Below are positions 11,985 through 25,447 of a stretch of DNA of 64,000 nucleotides, piece by piece. How positions within the stretch are numbered: the stretch's first letter is position 1; every line of letters begins with the position of its first letter. Below the pieces are notes generated by a model. That model did not search any database. It was not told the DNA's origin and was given only the letters and a program-made list of their open reading frames with translations. The translations under genes were made by a program, and so were the position numbers. The stretch lies in assembly GCF_006345805.1 (NCBI RefSeq), contig NC_043012.1, positions 2,852,001 to 2,916,000 on the forward strand, in the 5' to 3' direction. Source of the DNA: Octopus sinensis. Taxonomy: Eukaryota.

Positions 11985-12649
11985 TAGATTACGATTGTCT
12001 ATTAGAGTGTTCTAATTTAGTTAATAATGTAGTATTATGTTTTGTAAGTCTTACCTTTGAAGCCTTAATTCATCAAGAATAGAATTATCTTCTTGAGTAG
12101 TTTCTCTCATTTTTGAGGATGTTTGAGTCTTTCTGCAGCATGACTTCGCTAAGGGTAAAATCATAGTTGGTTTATATATTTCCAGGTATTCAAGATTCTT
12201 TTCGCAGCGCTGATCTTTGGAACACGTTGTAGGTTCCTTTTAACAGATCATCAGTATTAGGCAAATCTTCAGCACAATGGGAACGTGCTAAATGACAAAT
12301 ATATTTTATGAGAATTCAGTTCGGATTATCTAATTGCATTAACGTGCAGAGAGAAAGAGAGAGTTACTAACGGCGCAAAGGCTTGAAGCTCAATTTGTCG
12401 CAAAAGCAAAGAAAATTTTAACCCCACACCACTTAAGAACTTTTTCGCGATTTGAAGCAACACTTTAATAGCAGTTTTTGTAACAGGGATTAACTCAAGA
12501 AACTGATACAATTTCATTTTGTTTTATATTGAATGTATAACATTTCCAGCGGACGCATTTCCACAGGCAATATCAGTCGACTTCTTGAAGTGTGAGATTC
12601 GAGCGGCCGTCATTCCATTCTTCATTCTTCCCGTTCATACTCATAAAAT

Positions 12650-13915
12650 GTGAATCTCGAGGTCAGCTTACTGAGCACTTTAAAGAGGTCTTCGAAAGAA
12701 AAAAGCGAAGAAAAGTGAATTTTTTAATGCCAAGAATAAAATATCCAGGACAGATTAATGAAAATGGACGCAGACCAGACCCGTCTAGGGCGAGTGCAAT
12801 AAAAAAATATGCGGTACTAGTATCGTAGACTGGTCCCGGTTTGCGCAGACGCGCGTCCGCGCTAGCCAGACGTAGGCAGTCGATCCTACGAGCTGACTGG
12901 CGCATGCACGATATATACGATATATACTTGTATCGATATATACTTGTATCGATATATACGATACAAGTATATATCGTATATATCGTGCATGCGCCAGTCA
13001 GCTCGTAGGATCGACTGCCTACGTCTGGTTAGCGCGGACGCGCGTGTGCGCAAACCGGGACCAGTCTACGATACTAGTACCAAAATATGCTTCCCTCCCC
13101 GACGAATATTACAACGTTACAAGCATTTTTGGAGCTTTCAAATTACTACCAGGTATACATACCGAATATGCACAATTTAAGAGCACCCCTGAATAACTCG
13201 TTCATTATTGCCGGTTGAGAAAAGCTACAGTCAAATAGGAAAAGAGGCTTTAGCCATCATATTTGCGGTAAAAAAATTTACATAAATTTATGCTTAGAAG
13301 AAAGTTCCGTCTGCGGACAGACCACCGCCCATTATTGTCGATCAATAGATAAAAAAAAAAAAGAAAAAAAAGGGTATCCCCACTCATTCAACGAACCGAT
13401 TGTAGCGTTGGGGAACGATCCTACTGAATTACGATTTCAAGATGGAGTATTTGCCATCGAAAAAGTTGGGACATGCGGATGGTTTGTAAAGATTAATACC
13501 AAAATACAGTGAACCACTAGAAGACACAGTGATAGCGGTGTTAAAGGCCGAAAATGAAATTTAAAAAATATATTGTGCAATGTTGTGCGTGAATTGCTTG
13601 TGACATTCCAGGAAATAAAAATTAAGGCAGAGACGGACGAGTTTATCATAAAAATGAAAAAAAAATGGGGAGATAAAAAAAAAACAGATAAAAAATATGT
13701 ATGGTTGGACGTAAGCTTCGAATTTGTATTCGATATGTAATAATGCATTTATGTATGCTCAGAGGGTCATAATGCCTACCTCACTACAAGGTCAGTAACG
13801 TGTAACAGTGTACAACATGTTGCATCCACCGGGACATCGAGAAGTTGGTGAAAGCTCGTAGAGGTTGCGTGTTAGTAGCCAAAGTACTTCCAGTAAAATA
13901 CCTATCATGTCCCGT
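12650..13915 (+). pseudogene. Decayed Gypsy/Ty3 LTR-retrotransposon pol fragment (RT C-terminus, RNase H, start of integrase Zn domain)
   Basis: Manual translation gives KYPGQINENGRRPDPSRASAIKNM, LQAFLELSNYYQVYIPNMHNLRAPL, EKSYSQIGKEALAIIFAVKKF, RTDHRPLLSI, RWGTILLNYDFKMEY...GHADGL and DIEKLVK; contains stops, frameshifts and a foldback insertion. Confidence 0.85.
12813..13081. mobile_element. Foldback MITE (Mutator-like or Merlin-like)
   Basis: 123-bp arms (12813-12935, 12959-13081) with 2 mismatches, 23-bp spacer, GG termini, 9-bp TSD AAAATATGC (12804-12812, 13082-13090). Confidence 0.9.
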
Positions 13916-14710
13916 AAAAAGGCCGCAAGTTGGTAGAAGTCGTTGAAGGGTTTTGCTACAGGTCGGTAAGATTCGGTGTGTTACTTCCGTGTTGAACTCC
14001 CACCGAACACGTAAGTTGACGTAATGATAGTTGTTCGGCGCTAGAATGTGGTAAGGGTTCGATGCAGTTGTTAACCAGTTAGAGATGTCTCCTTGGGTTT
14101 AAAAAAATCGCACTAAAGTCCGTTCGAGCAAAAAACAAGTGCTGTGTGCGCAAATCGAACAAGACTCGGGTAACAATATTACGTTACATCTGGCAACGAG
14201 TCGTCGGGATATAAAAGTGACGACGTAAAAAAGAAATAAAAATTCCAAATTTCAAACTCCAGACCGATATTGTGTAAAATATACTAGTAAAAATAAAAAA
14301 TATTAACTTCCAACAGAAGTCAATCTCAAAGGGAGATGTTGTCGCAAGAGTCATTGACACCCCTGGCGGATTGGCAGAATGGACTAGCCGAACTCTTTTA
14401 AAGAGTAGTGGTCGATAGTAGAAAAAAAATTAATGAGCCTTCTCGCGAATTACGTCGTATGAATACATTGATTTAAATCTCCGCTGCATAATTTATTTAT
14501 ACCAACCTGTGGCAGAATATATAAAAAAAAAGTATTGTGTCAAGCATTTTACTATATTTAATTTGAAATGAGCTGTAATTAATAATGAAGGAAATCTTTT
14601 ATTAATAATTTCTTCTAAATGAACGACGCTACAAATACTAGCATGACAGGCTACAAAATACTTATGACTGGAATTCTAATGTTGTTTTACAACCGAAAAC
14701 AAAACTGCTA

Positions 14711-14912
14711 GCTAGCAGAAGCGTTACCTCGCTGGACAAAATGCTTAGCGGCATTTCTTCCGGCTTAACGTTTCGAGTTCAAATATCTTTGAAGTTAACT
14801 TTAGCTTCCATCCTTCCGGAATCAATAAAATAAGTAGTAGTTGAGCAGTGGAATCCAAATAATCGACTGGCCCCTTGCCCCCAAATTTCAGGCCTTATAT
14901 CTGTAGCAGAAG
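14711..14912 (+). mobile_element. SINE family M, diverged, tail B
   Basis: Collinear with the family consensus; ends GACTGGCCCC...AAATTTCAGGCCTT. Confidence 0.7.
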
Positions 14913-15094
14913 GAATTATATTTCAGCCATTCAACTCGTGAAAGAAATTAATTCAAGTAAAAATTATGTACAAACATAACTGTGAAAACCTATATTTCTC
15001 AAACATTTTTTTACCTATGTATCCATTTGATACCAATTCTAATCTGGTGGATCCCCATAGCATACGATGTTTTAAAAATCATATTATATTTTTA

Positions 15095-15463
15095 TACTCT
15101 TTACTCTTTTACTAGTTTCAATCATTTGACTGTGGCCATGCTGGAGCACCGCCTTTAGTCGAGCAAATCGACCCCAGGACTTATTCTTTGTAAGCCCAGT
15201 ACTTATTCTATCGGTCTCTTTTGCCGAACCGCTAAGTTACGGGGACGTAAACACACCAGCATCGGTTGTCAAGCGATGTTGGGGGGACAAACACACACAC
15301 ACATACATATACATGTATACGACAAGCTTCTTTCAGTTTCCGTTTACCAAATCCACTCACAAGGCTTTGGTCGGCCCGAGGCTATAGTAGAAGACGCCCC
15401 AGGTGCCACGCAGTGGGACTGAACCCGGAACTATGTGGTTGGGAAGCAAGCTACTTACCACAC
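15095..15463 (-). mobile_element. SINE family K
   Basis: Near-full copy with internal (CA)n and a (TACTCTT)-type tail repeat. Confidence 0.85.
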
Positions 15464-15759
15464 GTATTGTAGAAATATAACCAGTTTATTGCAGATAAAA
15501 TTTAACAAAATTTTACATGGATCTCCAAGGATTATATGGAGCCCTGTTGAAAAAAACCACTGGTGTAAAAGAAAAAAATAACCAGTATGATCAGAAATAT
15601 TGCTTTATTCAACAGACTGGACACGTTTGGCAAAACTTTAATGTTTCACCGGGAAAGTTTATTTAAAACTGAAGTTTTTTCTCGAGATAGAATAAACCAA
15701 CATTTGTTATGCAGCATCCAGAGGTGTTGCTAATCGTTGGAATTGGACACAAAGGTCTT

Positions 15760-18200
15760 TGTACTTTGTGTGATCCAGCGTGGAGCACAAAGTGTATCCT
15801 GGCCTGGGGCTATAGAAATGCTTTCAATGAGGACTTTACACAATCCTTAAATCGTAGTCTTGGTTTCTGCTGGGGGCGCTTTCCACAAACGAGTTCGCCA
15901 TATAGCATCTACTTAGGGATTGTCCAATCATTCATCCAAACGAGTGGTCAGTCCAACGTAAACGTTGCTTACACACTCTCTCTTCAGTGTTCAACACATC
16001 GGTTCGCTTTAAGACCTCTGTATGGAGTCTGCAAAGACCAGCCAGCATTAAAATTGTGGTTCAGACATCTCAGATGGAAGCGTTAAAGGACTCCGACATA
16101 ATGCCTGTAAAGGGTCCATGTCTCACATGAGTAAGGAGTAACATCAGCACACACGCCCAGTACACGGCAACTTTTGTTCGTTTCGTGATACCATGTTGGG
16201 GCCAGATACGTCTCCAAAGCCCTGAAGGAATCGGTTGCCTTCGGAAGCCTTAAAGATATTTCATTATCTAAAGAGTAAGAACGGCTGAATGTACTGTCCA
16301 GGTAGGCAAACTTGTCTACCACTTTCAGTGTCTAGGCTAAAGCTGAGTCCAAATAACTTGCAAGATGCAGAAATATGATCTTTGCATATCATCAGCTGCA
16401 TGAGAAACTAAGTCGCAATCACCTGCATAAAAGAGGTGAAGGAATAAGAGATTGAAAATTTTTCGGTACTTAATAAATAACCTAAAAAAGCCATCTGCAG
16501 CAAAAAAAAACAAAAAACATGATATACAAGGAAAATAGAGTTGGGCAAGGATAGCACTTTGCTTGACAACATTCTCTACAAGAATGGGTCCGGCCATGTT
16601 ACTACCGATATTGATTCGTGCCTCCTTTTTACCATGAAGTGATTTAATTATCGACACAAGGTGTCCTGGACAACCAAGTTTGGCGAATATTTTCCATAGG
16701 GAAACCTTTTTCAGTATCGAAGGCTTTTTCCTAAATCAATGAAAACCTGAGCATGACCCATATTTCGTTCGTAGCACTTCTCTTGTAACTGTCTGGTGGT
16801 GAAAATCATATCTATTTTTCTACCAGAACCGAAGCCACTTTGAGACTCTGGTAGGACGTCATTTGCAAGGCATTTATTCAAACGAGTAAGAAGAATACTT
16901 GCCAGAATCTTGCTAACAGTAGAGTAATGCCTCTATGGTTGCTACACTCTCTTTCCTTTACAGAAGGGAAGGATAACTGCATCGTTCTAGTTGTTGGCAA
17001 CAGTCCCGTCCCTCCAGACTACATTAATAAACTCGTGTGGATTCTGTGTAATACGACTACCGCCAAAGCGTAAGTTATCGGCGCTAATTCTGTCATTACT
17101 TGACACTTTACCAAGATTCAACTTACTTATTGCCGTCACTGCCGCACCTATTGAGGGTACAGATCCAAAGAGATGATGACAGGTCTCGGTTGAGCAGTGT
17201 CAATCACTGTATCATCTACAACTGACTCACGGTTTAGAAGTTCTGAAAAATATTCAGTTCAGCGATTTGTGATTTCTGTTGATTTAATAAGTAGAGTAGA
17301 GCTTCCCTTGGGAAGCAAAGGATTTAGAACTCTTAGGCTCATAAACTTGCTTCGCGAGATAGTGCTGCTTACTGTAATTGGCATCAGTGGAGATTTTGTA
17401 TTCTTTTAAATGAGTTAGTGCTAGATTTTGCTACACAACTGATAGCCTTCTGTGCCGTAATACACTGTTAGTATTGTACTTTGCAGACAGGAGTCGCTGA
17501 ACATCAGCACCATTTTCAACCAAGCCCTTGGTTGTAGCATATCCCAGTGTTTCAGCAGCGCATTGAAAACCCTGGGCTCAAAATTCTTAATTTGTGATAT
17601 CTTCGATACTGGAAAAACAATTCTGAAGTTTCTTCCTCACAGTAGGATCATATATTTTACGGACATTATGGGGCCAAAGAATCCCGACAGCCCCTTTTCT
17701 CTCTTTCACTTTAATTATTATCCGGAACTTTACTCACACCAAGCAGTGATCTGTCCAACACTGCAATCCATGAAAGGACTTGACATTAAAGATATCTTAG
17801 ATATCACACTTGCGAATGATAACATAATCCAGCAAGTGCCAAGCCTTAGACCTCGGATGCATCGGTGTTGTTGTGTAATAACAGTTGTGTATAAAGTGAG
17901 TACTTGCACTCCAAAGTACATATTCATCATAGAGCTTTAGGGGTCTGCATTGCTTATCATCTTCCCTAAACTAAAACGTCCAAGAGAATTCCATGTGTGT
18001 TAATCAGTTCCAACCCTAGCATTAAAATCCCCCAGTAGAATGACTGGCTCCGAGAATTTTCCTGAGTACGGCTCTCAGCTGGTCTTAGAAGGTAGTTATT
18101 TTCGTCAAGGCTGATTAGAGTAGAAGCATAGGCACTTATCAGACGTAAAAGCTTCAAACGGTCAGACAAATGAAGCCAATCTCGAAATTATAAGTTTGCT
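15760..18200 (-). pseudogene. Decayed RTE-clade (BovB-like) LINE: APE endonuclease plus reverse transcriptase
   Basis: Minus-strand motifs across frameshifts: LISAYASTL, MHPRSKAWHLLDYVII...WTDHCL, EYFSELLNRES, SNHRGITL, LPESQSGF...DMIFTTRQLQEKC, VKQSAILA, VDKFAYLDS, YSCETWTLY, MLYGEL...RFKDCVK. Confidence 0.85.
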
Positions 18201-19083
18201 GTTGACATCAACACTGCAAACAGATTTTATTCATCAAATAAAAACATGGAAAATTGAATAAACTGTAAAACCACTTTTGTCGAACAACGTAGTCAATATT
18301 GTCGATACAACAGCGAAAACTGTTTGAGTCAATAAATGTTCGATTGAAATATGTCTTTCGGGACTTGCGTGGATCATCAACTAAAAAGATTTCAACTCGG
18401 GTCGTTGCTTTGTATAGTATCCACTAAGATAACAAGAACACGTCATTCGTCTTGATTCCAATGACTTTTCTCGGCTGTTTACTTCAGTTCTCTTCTCTTT
18501 CTAGGTTGTTAGTGTTGTTGTAGGCAGTGTCTGGAAGTAATTCAAAAACTTATGTATCTGACACACACAACCGAAGGAAAAACTATTTTGGAGTCAGGAA
18601 GTTTGTAAATCAGTGATAACACACCTCATTGTTATCATCATCATCATTATCATCGTTAGGGTGCTGAAGATGATGATCTTACACCATAGAAAACTTGCAA
18701 TTTAAGATTCATAAAGCAAAACAGCAATATTAAATTCAGCAGAGTAGATTTCAAAATCACGAGTATCATTCATGTCTTTATCAAATAATCCATTGTCAGT
18801 TTCGATAAAACACCTACATTTTTATAAGGTTGCTTTCTTGAAATTTTGCAATGCTGTCCTTTAAAAGTTTTCAGCTCCTGAAACGAGCAAGTTCCAGATT
18901 TGTGTTGGAAAATCGTTCACTGGTGACATCTTTTTACAATCTCGTTGATCGACAAAGTATAATCTTCCATTTGACTATATACAATTACTCTTTGTGTTAG
19001 AGTGTCTTTATTAGAGAACAATGACTTTTTGTACCTATTTTAACGAAAACACTTTGAAATTTCCGCCATTCCTCAGTACACAC

Positions 19084-19170
<87 letters not shown>

Positions 19171-19393
19171 CACGACAGACTTCTTTATTTCTGTCTACCA
19201 GATCCACTTACAAGGCTCTAATCAGCCCAAGGCTATAGTAGAAGGCACTGGGACTGAATCCGGAACCATGCGGTTGTGAAGCAAACTTATCACACAGCCA
19301 GTCCTACACATACATACATACATACATACATGCATACATACATGCATGCATACATGCATGCATACATACATACATACATACATACACACATAC

Positions 19394-19452
<59 letters not shown>

Positions 19453-19455
<3 letters not shown>

Positions 19456-20714
19456 GGGTTCGACAAAATAATGGAAACACCTTAAAATTTCAAACAAATT
19501 AATTTTAATATGGGGTAAGACCGCCTTTGGTAGTAATTACACCTTGAATTCTCCTAGGTGTGGACTTGTACAAAGCTTGAATTGTTTCCAAAGGAATTTT
19601 TGTCCATTCTTCAGCTAAAACAGTCTCCAGTTCTTGTAGTGATGATTGTGGAGGATATCGACTCCTTTACTTGTTTTTCTAAAATGCACCATAAATATTC
19701 AATAATATTGAGATCTGGGGCTGTGGTGGCCAGATAAGACGTTCAACTTCACTAGAATGTTCTTCGTGCCATTCAGTAACAACTTTAGCTATGTGAATTG
19801 GTGCATTATCATCCTGAAAGGTTGCATTTCCCTCCGGAAACAGTTCCGGAAGTATAGGATGAATATAATCAGATAAAATGCTTAAATAGTCTTGACTATT
19901 AATTCTGCCATGAAGGGAAACCATTGGGTCGGGAATTTCCAAGATATAGCCCTCCCCCCAGATCATCACAGATTCTCCTCCATATTGAACAGTTGGAAGA
20001 AGGTAGTCTGGGTCAAATGCTTCTTTTGGTTGTCTCCACACATATACTCTGCCGGTGGTCGGAAATAAGTAAAGGATGATTCATCCGGCACAATAACATT
20101 CTTCCACTGCTCTAGGGACCAATTCTGTAGGTTTTTACTCCACTCTAAACGCTTTGCAACGTTTGTTTTTGAAAGTAGTGGTTTTCTGATTGCAGCCCTC
20201 CCGTGAAATCTGGCTTTGTGCAGCTCACGGCGAACAGTTTTTGTGGAAACTGGGTTCTCGAGGTAGTCATTAAGCTCTGCAGTAATTTTGGCAGCTGTAC
20301 TTTTGTGGTCCTTTCTAACAATTCGCGTAAGAGTCCGACAGACTCTATCTGAAAGTTTTGGTTTTCTTCCGGAGTTTTGTTTCGACGAGGTGGCTTTCCC
20401 TCTTTCTCAAAGGCTGTCATTACTTTCGAGACAGTACTTCTTGATACACCAAACATTTCGGCTGTTTTCGTTACGCTAGCGCCTGCCATGCGAGCACCAA
20501 CAATATGACCTCTTTGAAAGTCCGATAGATCTGTCATTTTAAAAAATTTAGTTATTTTTCTGATGATATCTGAAAAGAAACAGCAATTTTAGCAAAACAT
20601 ATTAAGCAACACTAATAATAAATGAAAAACGTAAAACTAAAGAAGCTTTTGACGGTTTTATAGATATTTCAAAATTATGGTGCTAGATATTTCTATTATT
20701 TTGTCCGATTCCTG
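19453..20714 (-). mobile_element. Tc1-family (DD34E-type) transposon with disrupted transposase
   Basis: Imperfect TIRs CAGG(GGTT/AATC)..GACAAAATAAT, TA flanks inside microsatellites. ORF pieces MTDLSDFQRGHIVGARMAGASVTKTAEMFGVSRSTVSKV (20537), GGESVMIWG, FQDDNAPIH and a frameshifted PDLNIIEYLW. Confidence 0.92.
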
Positions 20715-20742
20715 TATACATACATACATACACATACATACA

Positions 20743-21280
<538 letters not shown>

Positions 21281-21321
21281 ATATATATTCAACCACGTGC
21301 TTTCACACACCAACTTTCTCA

Positions 21322-21373
<52 letters not shown>

Positions 21374-21506
21374 AGGAATGTAGGTTTAGTTCACAGGTAA
21401 TCTAACGATTAGGTACGCTAGATAAGTGGTGTGACGGATTACTGGGGCTCCAAAGTTATAGCCGAGACGATAGTTATGGAGCCATTGCAGATTTCGGATG
21501 CAGCGG

Positions 21507-21683
21507 ATATATAATTGTTAAACAGGACGTCAAACATTAAGGCAAGGCAAACATCTCAAGACATATTATTATAGGAAGAAATTCAAAATCTTGCAGCTGT
21601 AAGATTTTGAATTTCTTCCTATAATAATATTGCATATGTCTTGAGATGTTTGCCTTGCACTAATGTTTGACGTCCTGTTTAAC

Positions 21684-21693
<10 letters not shown>
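21507..21693. repeat. Near-perfect palindrome centred on CAGCTG (21594-21599)
   Basis: Arms of ~90 bp with one ~7-nt bulge; ends in (TA)n. Confidence 0.9.
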
Positions 21694-21717
<24 letters not shown>

Positions 21718-21813
21718 CAACGATTTGCCTCACCACACACCGAATTTAGAAATAGCAGTCAAAGAGTTTTGACTGCTATTTCTAAATGCGGTGTGTGGTG
21801 AGGCAAATCGTTG
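21718..21813. repeat. Hairpin with ~46-bp arms and a 4-nt loop
   Basis: CAACGATTTGCCTCACCACACACC... and its reverse complement ...GGTGTGTGGTGAGGCAAATCGTTG. Confidence 0.9.
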
Positions 21814-21934
21814 CTAAACCCTTAATTACTTAGTATTACTTAAACCTTCCTTGAATGGGGCTTTTACATACCGAAATCTACTTGGTGAAATTAATGATTA
21901 TTCCAAATTAATTAATTTCACCCTATATTATTAT

Positions 21935-21995
<61 letters not shown>

Positions 21996-21998
<3 letters not shown>

Positions 21999-22258
21999 AT
22001 TATATACATAATTATAACAAGGGTTTGGCTTGCGCCTCACGCCTCACCACGCACTGAAAAATAGACGTCAAAAGACACTGTTGCCACCATAAATTCTCCG
22101 AGGAAAGCACACTACATATAGGTTAATAGAAGAAAGAAAATGAATTACAACTTTGGTCAACCGCGTACATGGCAACAGTGTCTTTTGACGTCTATTTTTC
22201 AGTGCGTGGTGAGGCGCAAGCCAAGCCCTTGTTATAATTCTGTATATAATAATTATAA
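21996..22258. repeat. Inverted repeat with ~88-bp arms and an ~84-bp spacer
   Basis: TATAACAAGGG...AAGACACTGTTGCCA / TGGCAACAGTGTCTT...CCCTTGTTATA. Confidence 0.85.
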
Positions 22259-22395
22259 AATATTTATATAAATTTATCTATGAGGTTCTTTCCGCGCTGA
22301 CCACTTAGTAAAAATCATTTATGATTTTTACCCTTTAAATATCATTATTGTTGTTGTTGTTGTTGTCGTTTTATATCTTTTTCTTTCTCTTTTCT

Positions 22396-22791
22396 CTTGT
22401 TTCAGTCATTTTGACTGCGGCCATGCTGGAGCACCGCCTTTAATCGAACAACTCGACCCCGGGACTTATTCTTTGTAAGCCCAGTACTTATTCTATCGGT
22501 CTCTTTTGCCGAACCGCTAAGTGACGGGGACATAAACACACCAGCATCGGTTGTCAAGCAATGCTAGGGGGACAAACACAGACACACAAACACACACGCA
22601 CACACACACATATATATATACATATATACGACGGGCTTCTTTCAGTTTCCGTCTACCAAATCCACTCACAAGGCTTTGGTTGGCCCGAGGCTATAGCAGA
22701 AGACACTTGCCCATGGTGCCACGCAGTGGGACTGAACCCGAAACCATGTGGTTGGTAAACAAGCTACTTACCACACAACCACTCCTGCGCC
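22396..22791 (-). mobile_element. SINE family K, full length
   Basis: Head GGCGCAGGAGTGG through tail TGACTGAAACAAG; internal (CA)/(TA) tract. Confidence 0.9.
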
Positions 22792-22794
22792 TAT

Positions 22795-22920
22795 ATATAT
22801 ATAGTAAATCCAGAAACGAAGAACAAATTCAAAAAGATCACAATGCGATACTTGGTACATACAAAGTGTTAAGCAGACGCTCAGGGAAGGAAAGAAAGCT
22901 GGTTTAACGTTTCGAGCAGA
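22795..22920 (-). mobile_element. Diverged, truncated Penelope-like unit with half a hammerhead motif
   Basis: GACGCTCAGG...GGTTTAACGTTTCGAGC matches the 1450 and 32447 units; starts at a (TA)n tract. Confidence 0.5.
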
Positions 22921-23118
22921 CGTCTGCACCAATGGAAGTGTTTTCTACTATAGCCTTGGGCCGACCAAAGCCTTGTGAGTGGATTTGGTAGACGGAAACT
23001 GAAAGCAACCCTACCACCACCACCAAAAAAAAAAAGTTGTTCTTACTGTAAAGGCTTCGCATACAGGATATAGGGTGGTTCTTCTGAGAAATTTTGTATT
23101 TTGGAAGCACTGTCTTCT

Positions 23119-23350
23119 ATACCTATTTCTTTATTACCCACAAGGGGCTAAACACAGAGGGGACAAACAAGGACAGACATAGGTATTAAGTCGATTATAT
23201 CGATCCCAGTGCGTAACTGGTACTTAATTTATCGACCCCGAAAGGATGAAAGGCAAAGTCGACCTCGGCGGAATTTGAACTCAGAACGTAACGGCAGACA
23301 AAATACGGCTACGCATTTCGCCCGGCGCGCTAACGTCTCTGCTAGCTCGC
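23119..23350 (-). mobile_element. SINE family M, tail A
   Basis: Full monomer; tail ends AAATAGGTAT. Confidence 0.9.
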
Positions 23351-23706
23351 TTCTATACCACCGAATACTTTTATATATAAGAAGCGCCTTTGTTCATCGG
23401 TCTGTTGGACCAGAGTTGACATGAGCTAAACAACTGTGAATATAACCTCAGATGTTATGATTGTCCGCTTCTTACGTTAATGTTGTGTTTGTGCTGTTGT
23501 TTCTGTGAAAGTCTTGTGTGTCACGTAAGAAATAGTGGACTTCCAATTAAGTCAGCCTCTTTCTTTCTTTCTTTGACTCTTAATTTATCCGGTATAAATT
23601 CCTGCATTTCAAGATCCGATTCCTTGTACAAGCATAGATGTGAATGATGGGGATTAAATGTTGCTATAGTGTCGTTTGTTTCTGTTTGTCGGTAGAAGTG
23701 TTGATG

Positions 23707-23718
23707 TTGCTGTTGATG

Positions 23719-23750
<32 letters not shown>

Positions 23751-23806
23751 GACAATGATGATGGTGATGATGATGATGAAGATGTTGACGACGACAATGA
23801 TGATGG

Positions 23807-23852
<46 letters not shown>

Positions 23853-23905
23853 GATGACGATGATGATGATGAAGATAATGATGATGTCGATGACGATGAT
23901 GATTG
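23707..23905. repeat. Degenerate (GAT)n trinucleotide array
   Basis: GAT units with single-base variants. Confidence 0.9.
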
Positions 23906-23976
23906 TGATTAGCTCGAGTGAAGTCAACTCTGGTCAAGCAGACCTATGTCCACAAGAATTCCAGCCGTGACCATCC

Positions 23977-24039
<63 letters not shown>

Positions 24040-25437
24040 GTAGATCTAAAACTACACAATATAATGTCACTACTTTTTTTCTTTTTGCTAATAAAGACAG
24101 TAAAATAAGATTTGAGAGAGAGAGATTTGGCTGCGATTTCAAGCACATCGAAAACGACCAACGACTACGTAGATACTCCCTCGTGAATGGAGGGAAAGGA
24201 GGTACTGTGACATTCATGCCTTCTCCCAAGAGAAAATCTGATTATATTAATCTGGTAAACTATTGTTGCTGTTTAGACACGGGAAATCCCTAACTAAACA
24301 AATCTTTATCAGATTTTTAGGGGTATAGAAACTTACTATTAAATGTCTTTTTGATAGTTCGTGATATTAAAGAAATTAGCTGTTATTTTTAGCAGGTCGA
24401 GCGACTGCGTAAAGGTCCCCTCTTTGGCTCTTGGAAAGTTGTTGTTTAACCCCCAGGCCAACCTTTATTGAGCAGTTCCAAAATCAAAGGTGTTACAGCT
24501 TTGATCATTTTGTCGTTTGTTTAATGTATAAGTGTTACTTCTAAATGCTGGGGGATCTGGTTATTTTGGGGTTTTTTTTTTTTCATAAGACGATAAAATG
24601 TGAGTTGAGGTGGCGTCGGTGTGAGTGTAGGGGTAGACTAACTTGACTGCTATTTCTAGCGGGTCGATCAACCGCGTAGACGATCATTCGTTGGTGCGTG
24701 CTTAAACTATTGTCTGTTGTATACGTATGAAAGAGAATTCCCATCAAACTCCAATGGCGTGTATTATGTGTGCGTGTGTGCGGTTCACAGAATTACGTCT
24801 CGGTGAACCAGCCGTGTTAATAGCAATAATATTGGTTGGTTTATTTTTCCTATACAGCCGACAAGGCCAATTTGTTTCCCTTTTTACTTGTTCGTTTTTT
24901 TTAAATTCTTTTTGAATGGTAATGTTACTATATAAACGATTGATTATACCACAAAATATTACAGGTACTTCGTTTATCGAACTACTTCAAAATGAAGTGT
25001 TTTTGAAATAACGATTTCTTTGTTAATGTAAGTACTTAGTTACACACACACACACACACACACACAAAAGCGCGCACATGGGAAAACTAGCTCGTGCTTT
25101 TGTGTCTGTGTGTCGGTGCAATCGCGTGCACATGCCTGCTTGTGATGTCAGGTCGACTAGAGAGAGAGACAGAGACAGAGACAGAGACAGAGGGACAGAG
25201 AGAGAGAGAGAGGTGGGAGGGAAAGATATCGAGTGGAAGGAAGAGTAAGAGAGTAAGAGAATAAGAGTGGGAGAGAGAGAGAGGGAGAGAAAGAGAAGAG
25301 AAGTCACTGCAGAAGAAAGAGTGAAGAAGCGCGCTGCACTCGTGTTGTTTTGCATGATATACACAGGAGTCAGGTATTAAATTTGACTTGGGAAGCAGTT
25401 CCTTAGTCGCGACAACGATTCGCTTGGCCAAGATGTG

Positions 25438-25447
25438 ATGACGTCAT
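25438..25447. promoter_or_regulatory. Perfect CRE/ATF palindrome ATGACGTCAT
   Basis: Lies in a unique CpG-containing island between (GA)n and (CA)n tracts; motif match only. Confidence 0.3.

Noticed and set aside
21440-21475. GGCT...TATAGCCGAGACG resembling a Penelope hammerhead
   Set aside because: GAAA is mutated and no CUGANGA box is present.
23521-23970. Asp-rich (aspein-like) or His-rich ORFs
   Set aside because: Translations of a degenerate (GAT)n tract with single-base variants.
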